Shown here piece by piece: positions 1 to 12,400 of a stretch of DNA of 23,519 bases (its first letter is position 1; each line of letters begins with the position of its first letter). The translations under genes and the position numbers were made by a program. The DNA comes from Macrostomum lignano (lineage: Eukaryota), in the NCBI GenBank assembly GCA_002269645.1, contig NIVC01005180.1, positions 1-23,519 of the forward strand. The letters run 5' to 3'. A model generated the notes under the pieces. The model did no database searches, had not been told where the DNA came from, and worked only from the letters and a program-made list of their open reading frames with translations.

Positions 1-123
1 GGTGTCTCAGAGACCAGGTGTCTAAAAAACCAGGTGTCTCAGAGACCAGGTGTCTAAAAAACCAGGTGTCTCAGAGACCAGGTGTCTCAGAGACCAGGTG
101 TCTCAAAAACCAGGTGTCTCAGA
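1..123. repeat. 16-bp minisatellite (ggtgtctcagagacca / ggtgtctaaaaaacca), about 7.5 copies, running off the window edge
   Basis: Visible periodicity. Confidence 0.95.
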
Positions 124-187
124 AATCAGCGGATCGTTAGTCTATCCAGCCTGCTAGATTGCCAGGTTGGCTTGACTGCCCAGCAGG

Positions 188-403
188 TCAAAAGGGCTGG
201 CTGGCCAGGTGCGCCATCAGGTCCAGCAGCTGGTAGTCCGGCTCGTCCAACAGGTCGCTTAGTTTGGCCAGGTCGCTTGTCCGGCTGCGGCGCGCGCCAC
301 GGGCTACGCCGCTGGAGTCCAGCAAGTCTGCGAAGTGAAGTGCGGCCGGAGAGACCAGCTCCTGCCGGCTGCGGCGGCTGCGGCGGCGGAACTCGCGACT
401 GCC
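188..403 (-). CDS. Terminal coding exon (GSREFRRRSRR...LMAHLASQPF*)
   Basis: Acceptor cgtcAG at 405-404, phase 0; shares the frame and stop of ORF 188..466; GC3-rich codons. Confidence 0.8.
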   Translation of the reverse strand, partial: GSREFRRRSRRSRQELVSPAALHFADLLDSSGVARGARRSRTSDLAKLSDLLDEPDYQLLDLMAHLASQPF

Positions 404-3400
404 CTGACGAGGGTGGGTGAGCGATGGGCAGGCGGTTCGAGCAGGGTTGTCTGGAGGGCGATTCATTAGGGCTATCTGGAAGGCGATTCATTAGGGCTAT
501 CTGGAAGGCGATTTATTATAGGGCTGTCTGGAGGCGATTCATTAGGGTTATCTGGAGGGCGATTCATTAGGGCTATCTGGAGGGCGATTCATTAGGGCTG
601 TCTGGAGGGCGATTCATTAGGGCTATCTGGAAGGCGATTCATTAGGGCTATCTGGAAGGCGATTCATTAGGCTATCTGGAAGGCGATTCATTAGGGCTAT
701 CTGGAGGCGATTCATTAGGGCTATCTGGAGGGAGATTCATTAGGGCTGTCTGGAGGGCGATTCATTAGGGCTGTCTGGAGGGAGATTCATTAGGGCTGTC
801 TGGAGGGCGATTCATTAGGGCTGTCTGGAGGGAGATTCATTAGGGCTGTCTGGAGGGAGATTCATTAGGGCTGTCTGGAGGGAGATTCATTAGGGCTGTC
901 TGGAGGGCGATTCATGAAGGGTGCCTGGAGAGCGATTCATGAAGGGTTCAAGAACTTCTTCGCGAGTGTTCGGCGCTCACCAGCTCCTTCTTCATGGCCA
1001 GCAGCGCCTCGGCCACCGCCTGCTGGATCGCCGGCCGCAGCGGTTTGGGGCGAAGCGCATCGCCTGCCTTCGGTAGTCGCGCAGGTAAAAAATGACCCGC
1101 TGAGACACCGGCTGGCTGCGGCTGTAGCTGGCAGCGTTGGCCGCCACGTCGGAGCTCAGCGACTTCAGCTTCGGGCAGTCCTGGGTTGGGCGGAGGGACG
1201 GTGCGGCATTGCGGCTGCGGCTGTAGCTAACAGAGAGATGGGAATCTGGGAGGGTGGCGGCCGAACTCTCCCCTTCAAGGCTCTTGACAACGCATTACAA
1301 TCCCGGGCATTAACTGCACAGGCCGCAGCCGGTCAGCAAGGGAGGCAGCGGCGGTGGCATTTCCAGCTATCACTGCGGCCGGCCAGCAAAGCCTCCTGCT
1401 TAGCAAGCGTGCGCGTGCGCTATCGGACACTGGAAGCGCAGCGAACCGGCCAGATTACAATCTGGGCAGATTGCAGCGGCTGATTCCAGTGTAACAAATT
1501 GGACCAGTGGAGCTGCTGGGGCTGCTGGCCCGCTATCAAGTATTCCACATGATTTGGGCCTCGAATCCCCTCTTTACCCAGCCCACCTACAAGTAATATC
1601 AATGTGTTTATAAGGCTGCATCATCGCGCGTGCAGCAGCAAGGGAGACAGAGGGAAGGCCATCCCAAATATGGGCCGCCAGGGCGTGAATGACGGGTCGC
1701 TAATTCACAGGCGCGGCGGGGCAGTTGATGAACCCTCAGAAGCCAGGTTAGGGCGCTTCTTAAAGGTAGCAGTTAATTTCTATTGGAGTAAACGGCGGAG
1801 TAACTATAGCTGCATTCAAGTCGTCAAATGACTCGTCAGCTAAAAGTTATCTTTGGGTGGACTGGGGCAGCCGAACTGTTGCAGCAGATGTCATTTGCTT
1901 TCGCTTGCAAAACACGGGCAATGTTTGAATTGGTGAGGTGGCGTCAGATTGAAGGGAACAGCGGGCGTGACGGCGTCTTGCACTTGAATTTCGATGCCTA
2001 AAAGTACACACCTTGGAACTATATTTACCTTGTATGATTTCAAAAAGATTTTGAAGAGGAATATTTTACCCGACCTTGGTTGGGCGCGAATAAGCAACAT
2101 ACAGAAAAAAAGGAAGGACAAGAGATTGAAGAAATATTGACACAGGGAGACTGACACACTCGACAAACGAGTGCGAAACACAGGTAGCCAGACACTCGCA
2201 CACCAGACACACGGATCCACACAAACAGGCACAGCAGACACACGGATCCACACAGACAGGCACAGCAGACACACGGATCCACACAAACAGGCACAGCAGA
2301 CACACGGATCCACACAAACAGGCACAGCAGACACACGGATCCACACAAACAGGCACAGCAGACACACGGATCCACACAAACAGGCACAGCAGACACACGG
2401 ATCCACACAGACAGGCACAGCAGACACACAGATCCACACAGACAGGCACAGCAGACACACAGATCCACACAGACAGGCACAGCAGACACACGGATCCACA
2501 CAGACAGGCACAGCAGACACGCACAGGTGCACGGGCACAGCAAAGCAGCAGTCGGACGAACCCGCATGGAGTCGCTGATCTCATCGCTGAGGTAGGCCTG
2601 CACCGACATGGCGGCCAGCAGCGGCAGCTCCAGCGTGTCGCCCACGGCAGCGCAAACAGAACTCCGCCGTCGTCATCTTCGTTGTCTGCCGCCGCGGAAA
2701 CAGTCGAAGGCGGCCTGAGCGGCTTGAGGTTGTAGAGCTTCCGCCGGGAGCAGCTGGGCAGCAGGGACAGGCAGATCAGGTACAGCTGGGGGGGGGGGGG
2801 GGGAGGGCGTTCCGTGAGCCGGTCCGTGTCCACTGCAGCGATTTTTCCCCAGGTAGGAGTCTGGTCTTACAGATCGGTGGTTGCAACATTTAAAAGTCTA
2901 GATTTGTAATAATAATGATTGATTACACCTGCCCCCCAATCGGGCCAGACCTGCAACCGACAGCTCAGCCGCAGCTATTGCGCGGTGCATCTGAAGGCTG
3001 CGTACGGCTATTCAGTCCATGGACTGGGAGGTCACCACACTCTCAATTACCCCAGCTAATGCTGGCACCCATTTTACAGCCGGGTGAACTGAAGCAATGC
3101 AGAGTTGAGTATCCTACTCAAGGACACAGATTGTTTCAATGGGTTTCAGAATTGCCTGATTCTATAGAAGCGCTATTTCGAAGTTCTCGACCCATCGGCC
3201 TCACCTGCGCCCACGGCGAGGCAATCGGTACGGAGGCGGCGGCCGGGCAGCACTCGAGCGGCTCGCCGTCCGGCAACTCCAGAAAGGCGAGGCGGGCCGT
3301 CCTCGGCAGGCCGAGGCGCCGGAATTCGGCCTCGCCGTAGCTCCAGCGGCAGCAGCCGACGCGGCGAATCTCAACGTCTTGCCGGCGGTAGAGGACAGCG

Positions 3401-6400
3401 GCGGCGGAGGTGGCGGCGGCGGAGGCGGCCGAATCGGCGTTGAGGTCGCGGAGGATTCGGCGGATTCGCTTCTCTCTGACGGCCTCTTCGCGGTCGGCGC
3501 CGACGCAGCTGAGGGGATGCAGCAGCCGGCCGGAGCAGCCGTAGGCCAGCCGCGGCTTGGCGGGCTCGGCGGCCAGCGAAGCCACCAGGCGGGCGAGCGG
3601 CGCGCGGTCACCGGCGATGAGCAGCGCGGCGGAGTCACCCAGCCTGGCGGCCAGGGTGAAGTGGCGGGCGAGGTCGAGGCCGCAGACCAGCTCGGGCCGG
3701 TAGTCTGGCACAATGAGCAGGCGGTCCCCGTAGCGGTCAACCCAAGTCACCTCGTGACGCAGGCCGGTGTCGCGGAAGAAGCTGAAGCCTTCGTAGCGCT
3801 CCGTGTCCCAGAAGTCCACGTCCAGGTGGAGGGTCTCCAGCAGGCACTGCCACTGCAGGAAGCTGCTGCGGGTGGTGCCGCGGCCCGTGACGAACAGCGC
3901 GTCGCCGGGCGGGTCACGGACCACAAAGTAGGGCGCGACGCGCACCGTGTTGGAGCAGTACTCAACCAGCTTGCCGTGCTGTGAGGATGTAATTGACGCG
4001 AGTGGGAATATCCAATGCTCAGAATTATGATTTATTTATAACTTGAAGGATAGTCCGACCTCTTTAACCACCTTTACGACCTCTTTAACTGTAATAGGGA
4101 TGCAGACATCATTTCGTCAATCCCAACACCTGTAGACACAGGTGCAGACACCACATCCTCAATCCCAACACCTGTAGACACAGGTGCAGACACCACATCC
4201 TCAATCCCAACACCTGTAGACACAGGTGCAGACACCACATCCTCAATCCCAACACCTGTAGACACAGGTGCAGACACCACATCCTCAATCCCAACACCTG
4301 TAGACACAGGTGCAGACACCACATCCTCAATCCCAACACCTGTAGACACAGGTGCAGACACCACATCCTCAATCCCAACACCTGTAGACACAGGTGCAGA
4401 CACCACATCCTCAATCCCAACACTGTAGACACAGGTGCAGACACCACATCCTCAATCCCAACACCTGTAGACACAGGTGCAGACACCACATCCTCAATCC
4501 CAACACCTGTAGACACAGGTGCAGACACCACATCCTCAATCCCAACACTGTAGACACAGGTGCAGACACCACATCCTCAATCCCAACACTGTAGACACAG
4601 GTGCAGACACCACATCCTCATAACCCATAAAAAACCCGCACTCACCATGTACAGCTCCACCTGGCACAGCACGTGATCAAACAGCTCCGCCTTGTCCTCC
4701 AGCAGCATGGGGAAGCGAACTACCAGACTGGACTTGGCCGGCAGATTGCGGATGCCAACGTACACGGTGTCCTTGAGGTCTGGGTGGAACTTCAGCACGT
4801 AGCCGGGGTCGCCGAGGTCGCCGCCGCTGCCGGTCGGTTCGGCGGCTGCCACCAGCATGCGCCGGTCCAGGCGGATGCGCAGCTCGACCTCGCAGGAGCA
4901 GGTGGTGGTGGCCGCGGCGGCGTCTTCGGGTGCGACAAAATTGAAGGCCGACTGGTTGGTCACCTGTTGCGGGATGGTGAAGAAGATGCCGATTAAAGGA
5001 TTCAATTAAAACTAGATATGAGAATGTAATGACAGCATAATAAAAGAACTGAAAGCAATGCATCTATAGGGAGCTCACACACGGATAGAATGAGCTCACA
5101 CACGGGTAGAATGAGCTCACACACGGGTAGAATGAGCTCACAAACGAGTAGAATGAGCTCACACACGAGTAGAATGAGCTCACACACGAGTAGAATGAGC
5201 TCACACACGGGTAGAATGAGCTCACACACGGATAGAATGAGCTCACACACGGATAGAATGAGCTCACACACGGGTAGAATGAGCTCACACACGGGTAGAG
5301 TGAGCTCACACACGGGTAGAATGAGCTCACAAACGAGTAGAATGAGCTCACACACGAGTAGAATGAGCTCACACACGAGTAGAGTGAACCCAGCAGCAGC
5401 AGCAGCTCACCTCAATATTAACGCAGTACTGCTCGCCGCGGCCCATCTGCGGCGGCAGGTTAACGGCAGACAGAACCACCGGGTGCCGGATTCGAACTTT
5501 GCGAGTGCAGCCGACCTGAGTGCGCATTGGGGCAATCGGGGGCGTGACAGGGGAGGCTGAGATGAGGCGGATAAGCAAAACTGAAAGTGGATTCTGTGAA
5601 GGCTGGGGAGCCCCTGGTGATCATAAACACACGATAACAGCGGAATAAATTCTGGGAAAATGTAGCAAGTATGGAGCCAACGAAACACTTAGAGAAAGGA
5701 AAAGGATTTTAGATCTCTTCTCTCCTAACTCTGCAATCGCAGAGAGGTGTAGGGAATGCAGGGAGAGGTGTAGGGAATGCAGGGAGAGGTGTAGGGAATG
5801 CAGGGAGAGGTGTAGGGAATGCATGGAAGCAGTCGGCCTGGCCACTCACCCCGGTGAACTGCCTGCCAACCAGGCTGACTGTCGGCCGGATTTCCGCTTC
5901 GCCCTCGTAGCGCACCGGCTCGTTCGGAGTTGGCACGTCAGACAGGCGGCCGTGGAACAGGGCCGTCACTGTGTACTGCTCGTTCGGCTCCAGCTGCGGG
6001 TGCGACAGAGGGGTGGGCTGCGGCATTTGAAAGTACCTTAGATGGACGACTTAGGTCAGGTCAGGCTGGGTTGGGTGTCAGTAGGTTTAGGTCACGTCAG
6101 ACTTGTTGACAGAAGGTTTAGGTCAGGCCAGACTGGGTGTCAGAAGGTTTAGGTCAGGCCAGGCTGGGTGTCAGAAGGTTTAGGTCAGGCCAGACTGGGT
6201 GACTGAAAGTTTAGGTCAGGCCAGGCTGGGTGTCAGAAGGTTTAGGTCAGGCCAGGCTGGGTGTCAGAAGGTTTAGGTCAGGCCAGGCTGGGTGACTGAA
6301 AGTTTAGGTCAGGCCAGACTGGGTGTCAGAAGGTTTAGGTCAGGCCAGGCTGGGTGTCAGAAGGTTTAGGTCAGGCCAGGCTGGGTGACTGAAAGTTTAG

Positions 6401-9400
6401 GTCAGGCCAGGCTGGGTGTCAGTAGGTTTAGGTCAGGCCAGGCTGGGTGTCAGAAGGTTTAGGTCAGGCCAGGCTGGGTGACTGAAAGTTTAGGTCAGGC
6501 TAGACTGGGTGTCAGAAGGTTTAGGTCAGAATGCCTGAAGTGTCAGAATACTGGGGTCAGGACAGACTGGCACAGAATGCTGTGATCAGAGCCCAGTGAT
6601 GAATATTGAATGAAGTCATGAGCTCTAGACGCTTCTGGATAAAAAGACATCTATGATAAGTTGAGGGTTATTTAGAAGCGAATTCATTAATTGCAGCCGC
6701 GGCCCCGACCTGCACCATTAGAGTGCAGCAGCAACAAGCGCCACCCCACTGCCTGATCCAAAGCAGGCGCAGAAGCTCTGTGGCACACAGGAGGACCGAA
6801 GACCCACCAAGCAGAGCTGCAAGACGGCCAGACTGCAACCCGCAGGCCAAGCGACAACTGCGTACAGGGAAAGCACAAGCCGGGGGCTGCTGCCAATCAG
6901 CGAGGGTACCGAAACTGCATCTGCGCAGAGAGACAGCCCAGCCGGTGAGAGTGCATGCCCAGGTAATTTCATAGATAATTAGACAGGAAAAATCATTTAG
7001 AAGATTAAAATGCCAGGGTAATTAACTGGGGGGGGGGGCAGAGCAGAGCTAATTTTGATGCCGCAGCCGCAGAGAGTGTTCATGCGTACAGTATTCTGCA
7101 GGAGCCAGCGGAATGTGCAAACTGCCTCAGCGCCGGATGCCCACAGAACCCTCCTACCCTCCTACAAGTACACGAGCCGAGGTCAGCCGCTCACCTTCGG
7201 CAAGGTGAAGGTCTCCGACTTGCGCATCGCCAGGCTGTCGGTGGAGGCGAAGCTCAGAACGGCGCCGCAGGGCAGCGCCATGCCGCCGCGGTTGCGCAGG
7301 CGGACGTTGGTGACCACCACCTGGGCGCTGGGGAAGAAGAACTCCGGGTCCTGCGACAGCGAGGCCACTTCGTACTGCTCAACAACAACATCGTAACGAC
7401 GCTGGGTGCGGCAGGTGACCTCGCCTGTGGACGGGTCGATCACGGACCAGATAACGTAGCCCGGCTTGCCCGGCTGCCCGCCCGGCCCCGCCAGTCCGGC
7501 CACGCCCGCCTTGCCCTGCTGGCCGCGCACCCCGGCAGAGCCGGGACAGCCATGCCGCAGGCGGCCGCCGCCCGCCAAGTTCGCGTCCGAGTCGGTCCGG
7601 CCAACGCCGCCCAGGCCCGGCACGCCGCCACCGCCGCCTCCGCCGCCGAAGCCGGGCCGGCCGCCGACGCCAGCGGCGCCGCCTGAGCCGGGCGGGCCGA
7701 GGTCGCCACCGCTGCCGGAGTCACCGCCGCGCAGGTCGGCCTCGACCAGCATGAGCAGGCAGGGATTGTCGGCGGTGATCAGCAGGCGGCCGCCGTTGCC
7801 GCCGTTGCCGCCAGGGCCGCCGCAGCCGCCGTTGCCGCCCTGTAATCAATAACAAAGGATTCGATGCGACTCCAGTGGCACTCAAATTTACGATATCAAC
7901 TGACACCCCAAAATCGGCATTAAAAGTTCGGCATTAAAATTAAATATGTTTTTCTTGAATTCTGTTGAAAGCTCTTTGGGCCAGGGCTCATAATTGGTTT
8001 ACAGAGATCTTATTTTATTTAACTGGATGCATGGAAGAGGCTGCAGGTGCCTTTGCAATAAATAATTAAACGATCACTGCAGGAGGGCTGCTGGCTGCGG
8101 GACTACAGGTGTCTACAGAATGAAGCTCCACATGCTCGATGCTTACAGGTGTCTCAAGAATAAATGAAGCTCCACATGCTCGATGCCTACAGGTGTCTCA
8201 AGAATGAATGAAGCTCCACATGCTCGATGCTTACAGGTGTCTCAAGAATAAATGAAGCTCCACATGCTCGATGCTTACAGGTGTCTCAAGAATGAATGAA
8301 GCTCCACATGCTCGATGCCTACAGGTGTCTCAAGAATGAATGAAGCTCCACATGCTCGATGCCTACAGGTGTCTCAAGAATGAATGAAGCTTCACATACT
8401 CGATGCCTACAGGTGTCTCAAGAATGAATGAAGCTCCACATACTCGATGCCTACAGGTGTCTCAAGAATGAATGAAGCTCCACATGCTCGATGCCTACAG
8501 GTGTCTCAAGAATGAATGAAGCTCCACATGCTCGATGCCTACAGGTGTCTCAAGAATGAATGAAGCTCCACATGCTCGATGCCTACAGGTGTCTCAAGAA
8601 TGAATGAAGCTCCACATGCTCGATGCCTACAGGTGTCTCAAGAATGAATGAAGCTCCACATACTCGATGCCTACAGGTGTCTCAAGAATGAATGAAGCTC
8701 CACATACTCGATGCCTACAGGTGTCTCAAGAATGAATGAAGCTCCACATGCTCGATGCCTACAGGTGTCTCAAGAATGAATGAAGCTCCACATGCTCGAT
8801 GCCTACAGGTGTCTCAAGAATGAATGAAGCTCCACATGCTCGATGCCTACAGGTGTCTCAAGAATGAATGAAGCTCCACATGCTCGATGCCTACAGGTGT
8901 CTCAAGAATGAATGAAGCTTCACATACTCGATCCCTACAGGTGTCTCAAGAATGAATGAAGCTCCACATGCTCGATGCCTACAGGTGTCTCAAGAATAAA
9001 TGAAGCTCCACATGCTCGATGCCTACAGGTGTCTCAAGAATGAATGAAGCTCCACATACTCGATGCCTACAGGTGTCTCAAGAATGAATGAAGCTCCACA
9101 TACTCGATGCCTACAGGTGTCTCAAGAATAAATGAAGCTCCACATGCTCGATGCCTACAGGTGTCTCAAGAATGAATGAAGCTCCACATGCTCGATGCCT
9201 ACAGGTGTCTCAAGAATGAATGAAGCTTCACATACTCGATGCCTACAGGTGTCTCAAGAATGAATGAAGCTTCACATACTCGATGCCTACAGGTGTCTCA
9301 AGAATGAATAAAGCTCCACATGCTCGATGCCTACAGGTGTCTCAAGAATGAATGAAGCTCCACATACTCGATGCCTACAGGTGTCTCAAGAATAAATGAA

Positions 9401-12400
9401 GCTCCACATGCTCGATGCCTACAGGTGTCTCAAGAATGAATAAAGCTCCACATACTCGATGCCTACAGGTGTCTACAGAATAAAGCTCCACATGCTCGAT
9501 GCCTACAGGTGTCTACAGAATGAATTAAGCTCCACATACTCGATGCCTACAGGTGTCTCAAGAATGAATGAAGCTCCACATACTCGATGCCTACAGGTGT
9601 CTCAAGAATGAATGAAGCTCCACATGCTCGATGCCTACAGGTGTCTCAAGAATGAATGAAGCTTCACATACTCGATGCCTACAGGTGTCTCAAGAATGAA
9701 TGAAGCTCCACATACTCGATGCCTACAGGTGTCTCAAGAATAAATGAAGCTCCACATGCTCGATGCCTACAGGTGTCTCAAGAATGAATGAAGCTCCACA
9801 TACTCGATGCCTACAGGTGTCTCAAGAATGAATAAAGCTCCACATACTCGATGCCTACAGGTGTCTCAAGAATAAATGAAGCTCCACATGCTCGATGCCT
9901 ACAGGTGTCTCAAGAATGAATGAAGCTCCACATGCTCGATGCCTACAGGTGTCTCAAGAATGAATGAAGCTCCACATACTCGATGCCTACAGGTGTCTCA
10001 AGAATGAATGAAGCTCCACATACTCGATGCCTACAGGTGTCTCAAGAATGAATGAAGCTCCACATACTCGATGCCTACAGGTGTCTACAGAATAAAGCTC
10101 CACATGCTCGATGCCTACAGGTGTCTACAGAATGAATTAAGCTCCACATGCTCGATGCCTACAGGTGTCTCAAGAATGAATGAAGCTCCACATACTCGAT
10201 GCCTACAGGTGTCTCAAAAATGAATGAAGCTCCACATACTCGATCCCTACAGGTGTCTCAAGAATGAAGCCGCCACACAAAACTGAAGTTGGAGCACAGC
10301 TGAATTTGCGCCTCGCTCGCAAGTGCTGGAAAACGAAAGAATAGATAAAAAATACACAGCAGGATGCTCAAAAAGTGCTCAACTCGTTCAATTTTTATTC
10401 GTTTATTTTTCGCACACCCAGACATACTCAGACAGAAAGTCAACGAACTTTAACTGACTAGCGCAGGTGGCAGCCAAAGCACAAGCATACATTATAGTTA
10501 ATATAGTCACTAAACAGAAGAGAAACGGTCGATAGCGGTGGTCCCGGGCTCGAATTCTGATGTCTGACAAAACCGGCAAAGCGACACAAGAAGCCAGCTT
10601 GGGAGATTAGCAGATATCAAAGTCTATTTGCTAGAAAAAAGTACATTGTGTAAAGCAGCGCAGGAGCGTCAGAGAAAGAGGGCGGTTTCAATTAATTATT
10701 AATTAGCTAATTAGCGCACAATTATTTCGGCGTGAGAAAAATAAACACCAGCACCACGCGATAGCAAAGCCGCTGTCAATATTGCATATATGGGTTTATT
10801 AGTAAGTGATTAGTAATAATAATATAATAGAGTGAAGCGCAGGCTGTAAACTGTTGGGTATAAATATTCCAGGTCTGCCGCCATCCTTGGTTTATTATTG
10901 TACTGGGCTGGGCATTCAGATCGCCAACAGGCGCAGACAGGAACTGGTCGGCTTTGCTCTCCCTGTTCTTAGTAGCGGGCCAGTGAGAGCTTTGACTGCA
11001 AGCGCTCATAATAGACTGATCATAGCAGCACTGGAGTCAGGTAGTTCAGCGAGGTCGGGTCAGGATGGTCCAGGTCAGGTCAGGTCGAGCCGGGTCAGGT
11101 CCGAAGGTCAGGCCAGGTCAGTAGACCTGCGTGAACTCCCGCTGCTGCTGGGTGTTGCCGACAGATGGCGCCCGCGGGAGAAGCCGCCACCTCCGCCGCC
11201 GCCACTGCCGCCGACAGTCAGCGGCTTCGGCGACACGGGCGTGGAGGCCCGCAGCGTGGCGTTCCGGTTGGCGCTGAGGCTGCGAGCGCCGGCCTCAGGC
11301 GGCCGCACCGCCAGCCGGCTGACACGGCCGACCGTCCCTCGCTGCTCGGTGAGGCTGTACTGCTGCTGCTGCTGCTGCACCTGAGTGGCGATCACCCTGC
11401 TGCCGCTTCCGAGGTCGTGGATGCCACGGCCAATCGGCTGCAGCGTGGTGGTCTCGACCTCCTCCGTCACCTGCGGCGGCTCGTGCGTCATGGTGCGCTG
11501 GCTGTAGCGGAACTCGAACGGCGGCTCGGAGCTGAAGCGACGGTTCAGCTCTGCCGAGTCTTGGTGCTCGCTGGCGATGTACAGGTGCTGCTGATTCTGC
11601 GGCCGGCCGCCGTGGTGCTGATGGTGCTGGTGGTGATGCGACTGGCGCGTCTGCTGCTGCTGCTGAACTGAAGTCTGGCGCCGGATCGACTCCATGGCGT
11701 CGTTAAGCGACCGCTCGAGGTGCTCCAGGCGGGCGTCGAACCCGGGGTTGCTGTGCTGGCGGCCTCGGAACTGCTGGTGCTGGCGGTGGTAGGAGTGGTG
11801 CTGCTGGTGCACCGGCTGGTCGCGGTGGCTACGCTGACGCCGGAAGCCGGCGCCGTAGTCCAGCTGCTGGCTGTACGACCGGGGCATCGGTGCCGGGCCG
11901 GAGTTCCAGTCGTCGTAGCGGTTGACCTGCACCCGGGAGTATGGCAGCTGATGGTGCTGGTGCTGGTGCTGGCTCTGGGAGGTAAGCCGCCGCTCCAGCA
12001 GCAGAATGCCATCGTCGAGGCCGCCAGTGGCGCTGCTGACGAAGCCGCTTGAAGTGGCTGCCGCGGCGCCGGAGGCGGGCGGGCCGGCAGCTGCCGTCTG
12101 TACAGTGTGCATCGTGCGGTGGTGGCTGCGGGTGGCCACAGGCGGCTGGCTGCTGCTGCTCCGGCTGACGTATCGGCGCACGGAGGCCACCTGGCACTGC
12201 TCCCGCTGGTCCATGGGGCCGTGCAGGCGGCTGGCGCTGTCCAGGTAGTACAGCCGGTCGCTGCGGTACCTGAAGTTTACCTGGGCATGACTGGTCCAGG
12301 TAGCCGGGCCTCGCTCCACAGTCAGCAGGCTGGCGAACCGCTCACTCTGCTGCTGGTGCTGATGCTGCTGCTGAAGCTGCTGCTGCAGTTGCTGCTGCTG

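Noticed and set aside
1757-1778. Mitochondrial 16S (NUMT) match AAAGGTAGCA
   Set aside because: Too short, and flanks do not resemble AT-rich mitochondrial rRNA.
1788-1843. Functional rRNA gene
   Set aside because: Only about 56 nt align well, conserved neighbouring 28S sequence is missing, and the segment lies in an intron.
1891-2645. Cys/Val-rich or Thr/His-rich repeat ORFs (1891..2538, 2171..2578 and the 3' parts of 2040..2645 and 2066..2833)
   Set aside because: Translations of the 31-bp minisatellite; stop-free in several frames only because the unit lacks stops.
2786-2834. Longer exon starting at the ctgcAG acceptor (2834-2833)
   Set aside because: Phase 1, incompatible with the phase-0 donor at 3204; the acceptor after the poly-C tract fits.
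4074-5560. Repeat ORFs 4074..4406, 4109..4531, 5002..5376, 5064..5372, 5090..5560
   Set aside because: Translations of the 42-bp and 21-bp arrays lying inside predicted introns.
8100-10268. CRISPR-like array
   Set aside because: Units are head-to-tail with no unique spacers, there are no cas-like ORFs, and the context is eukaryotic. The same applies to all other arrays.
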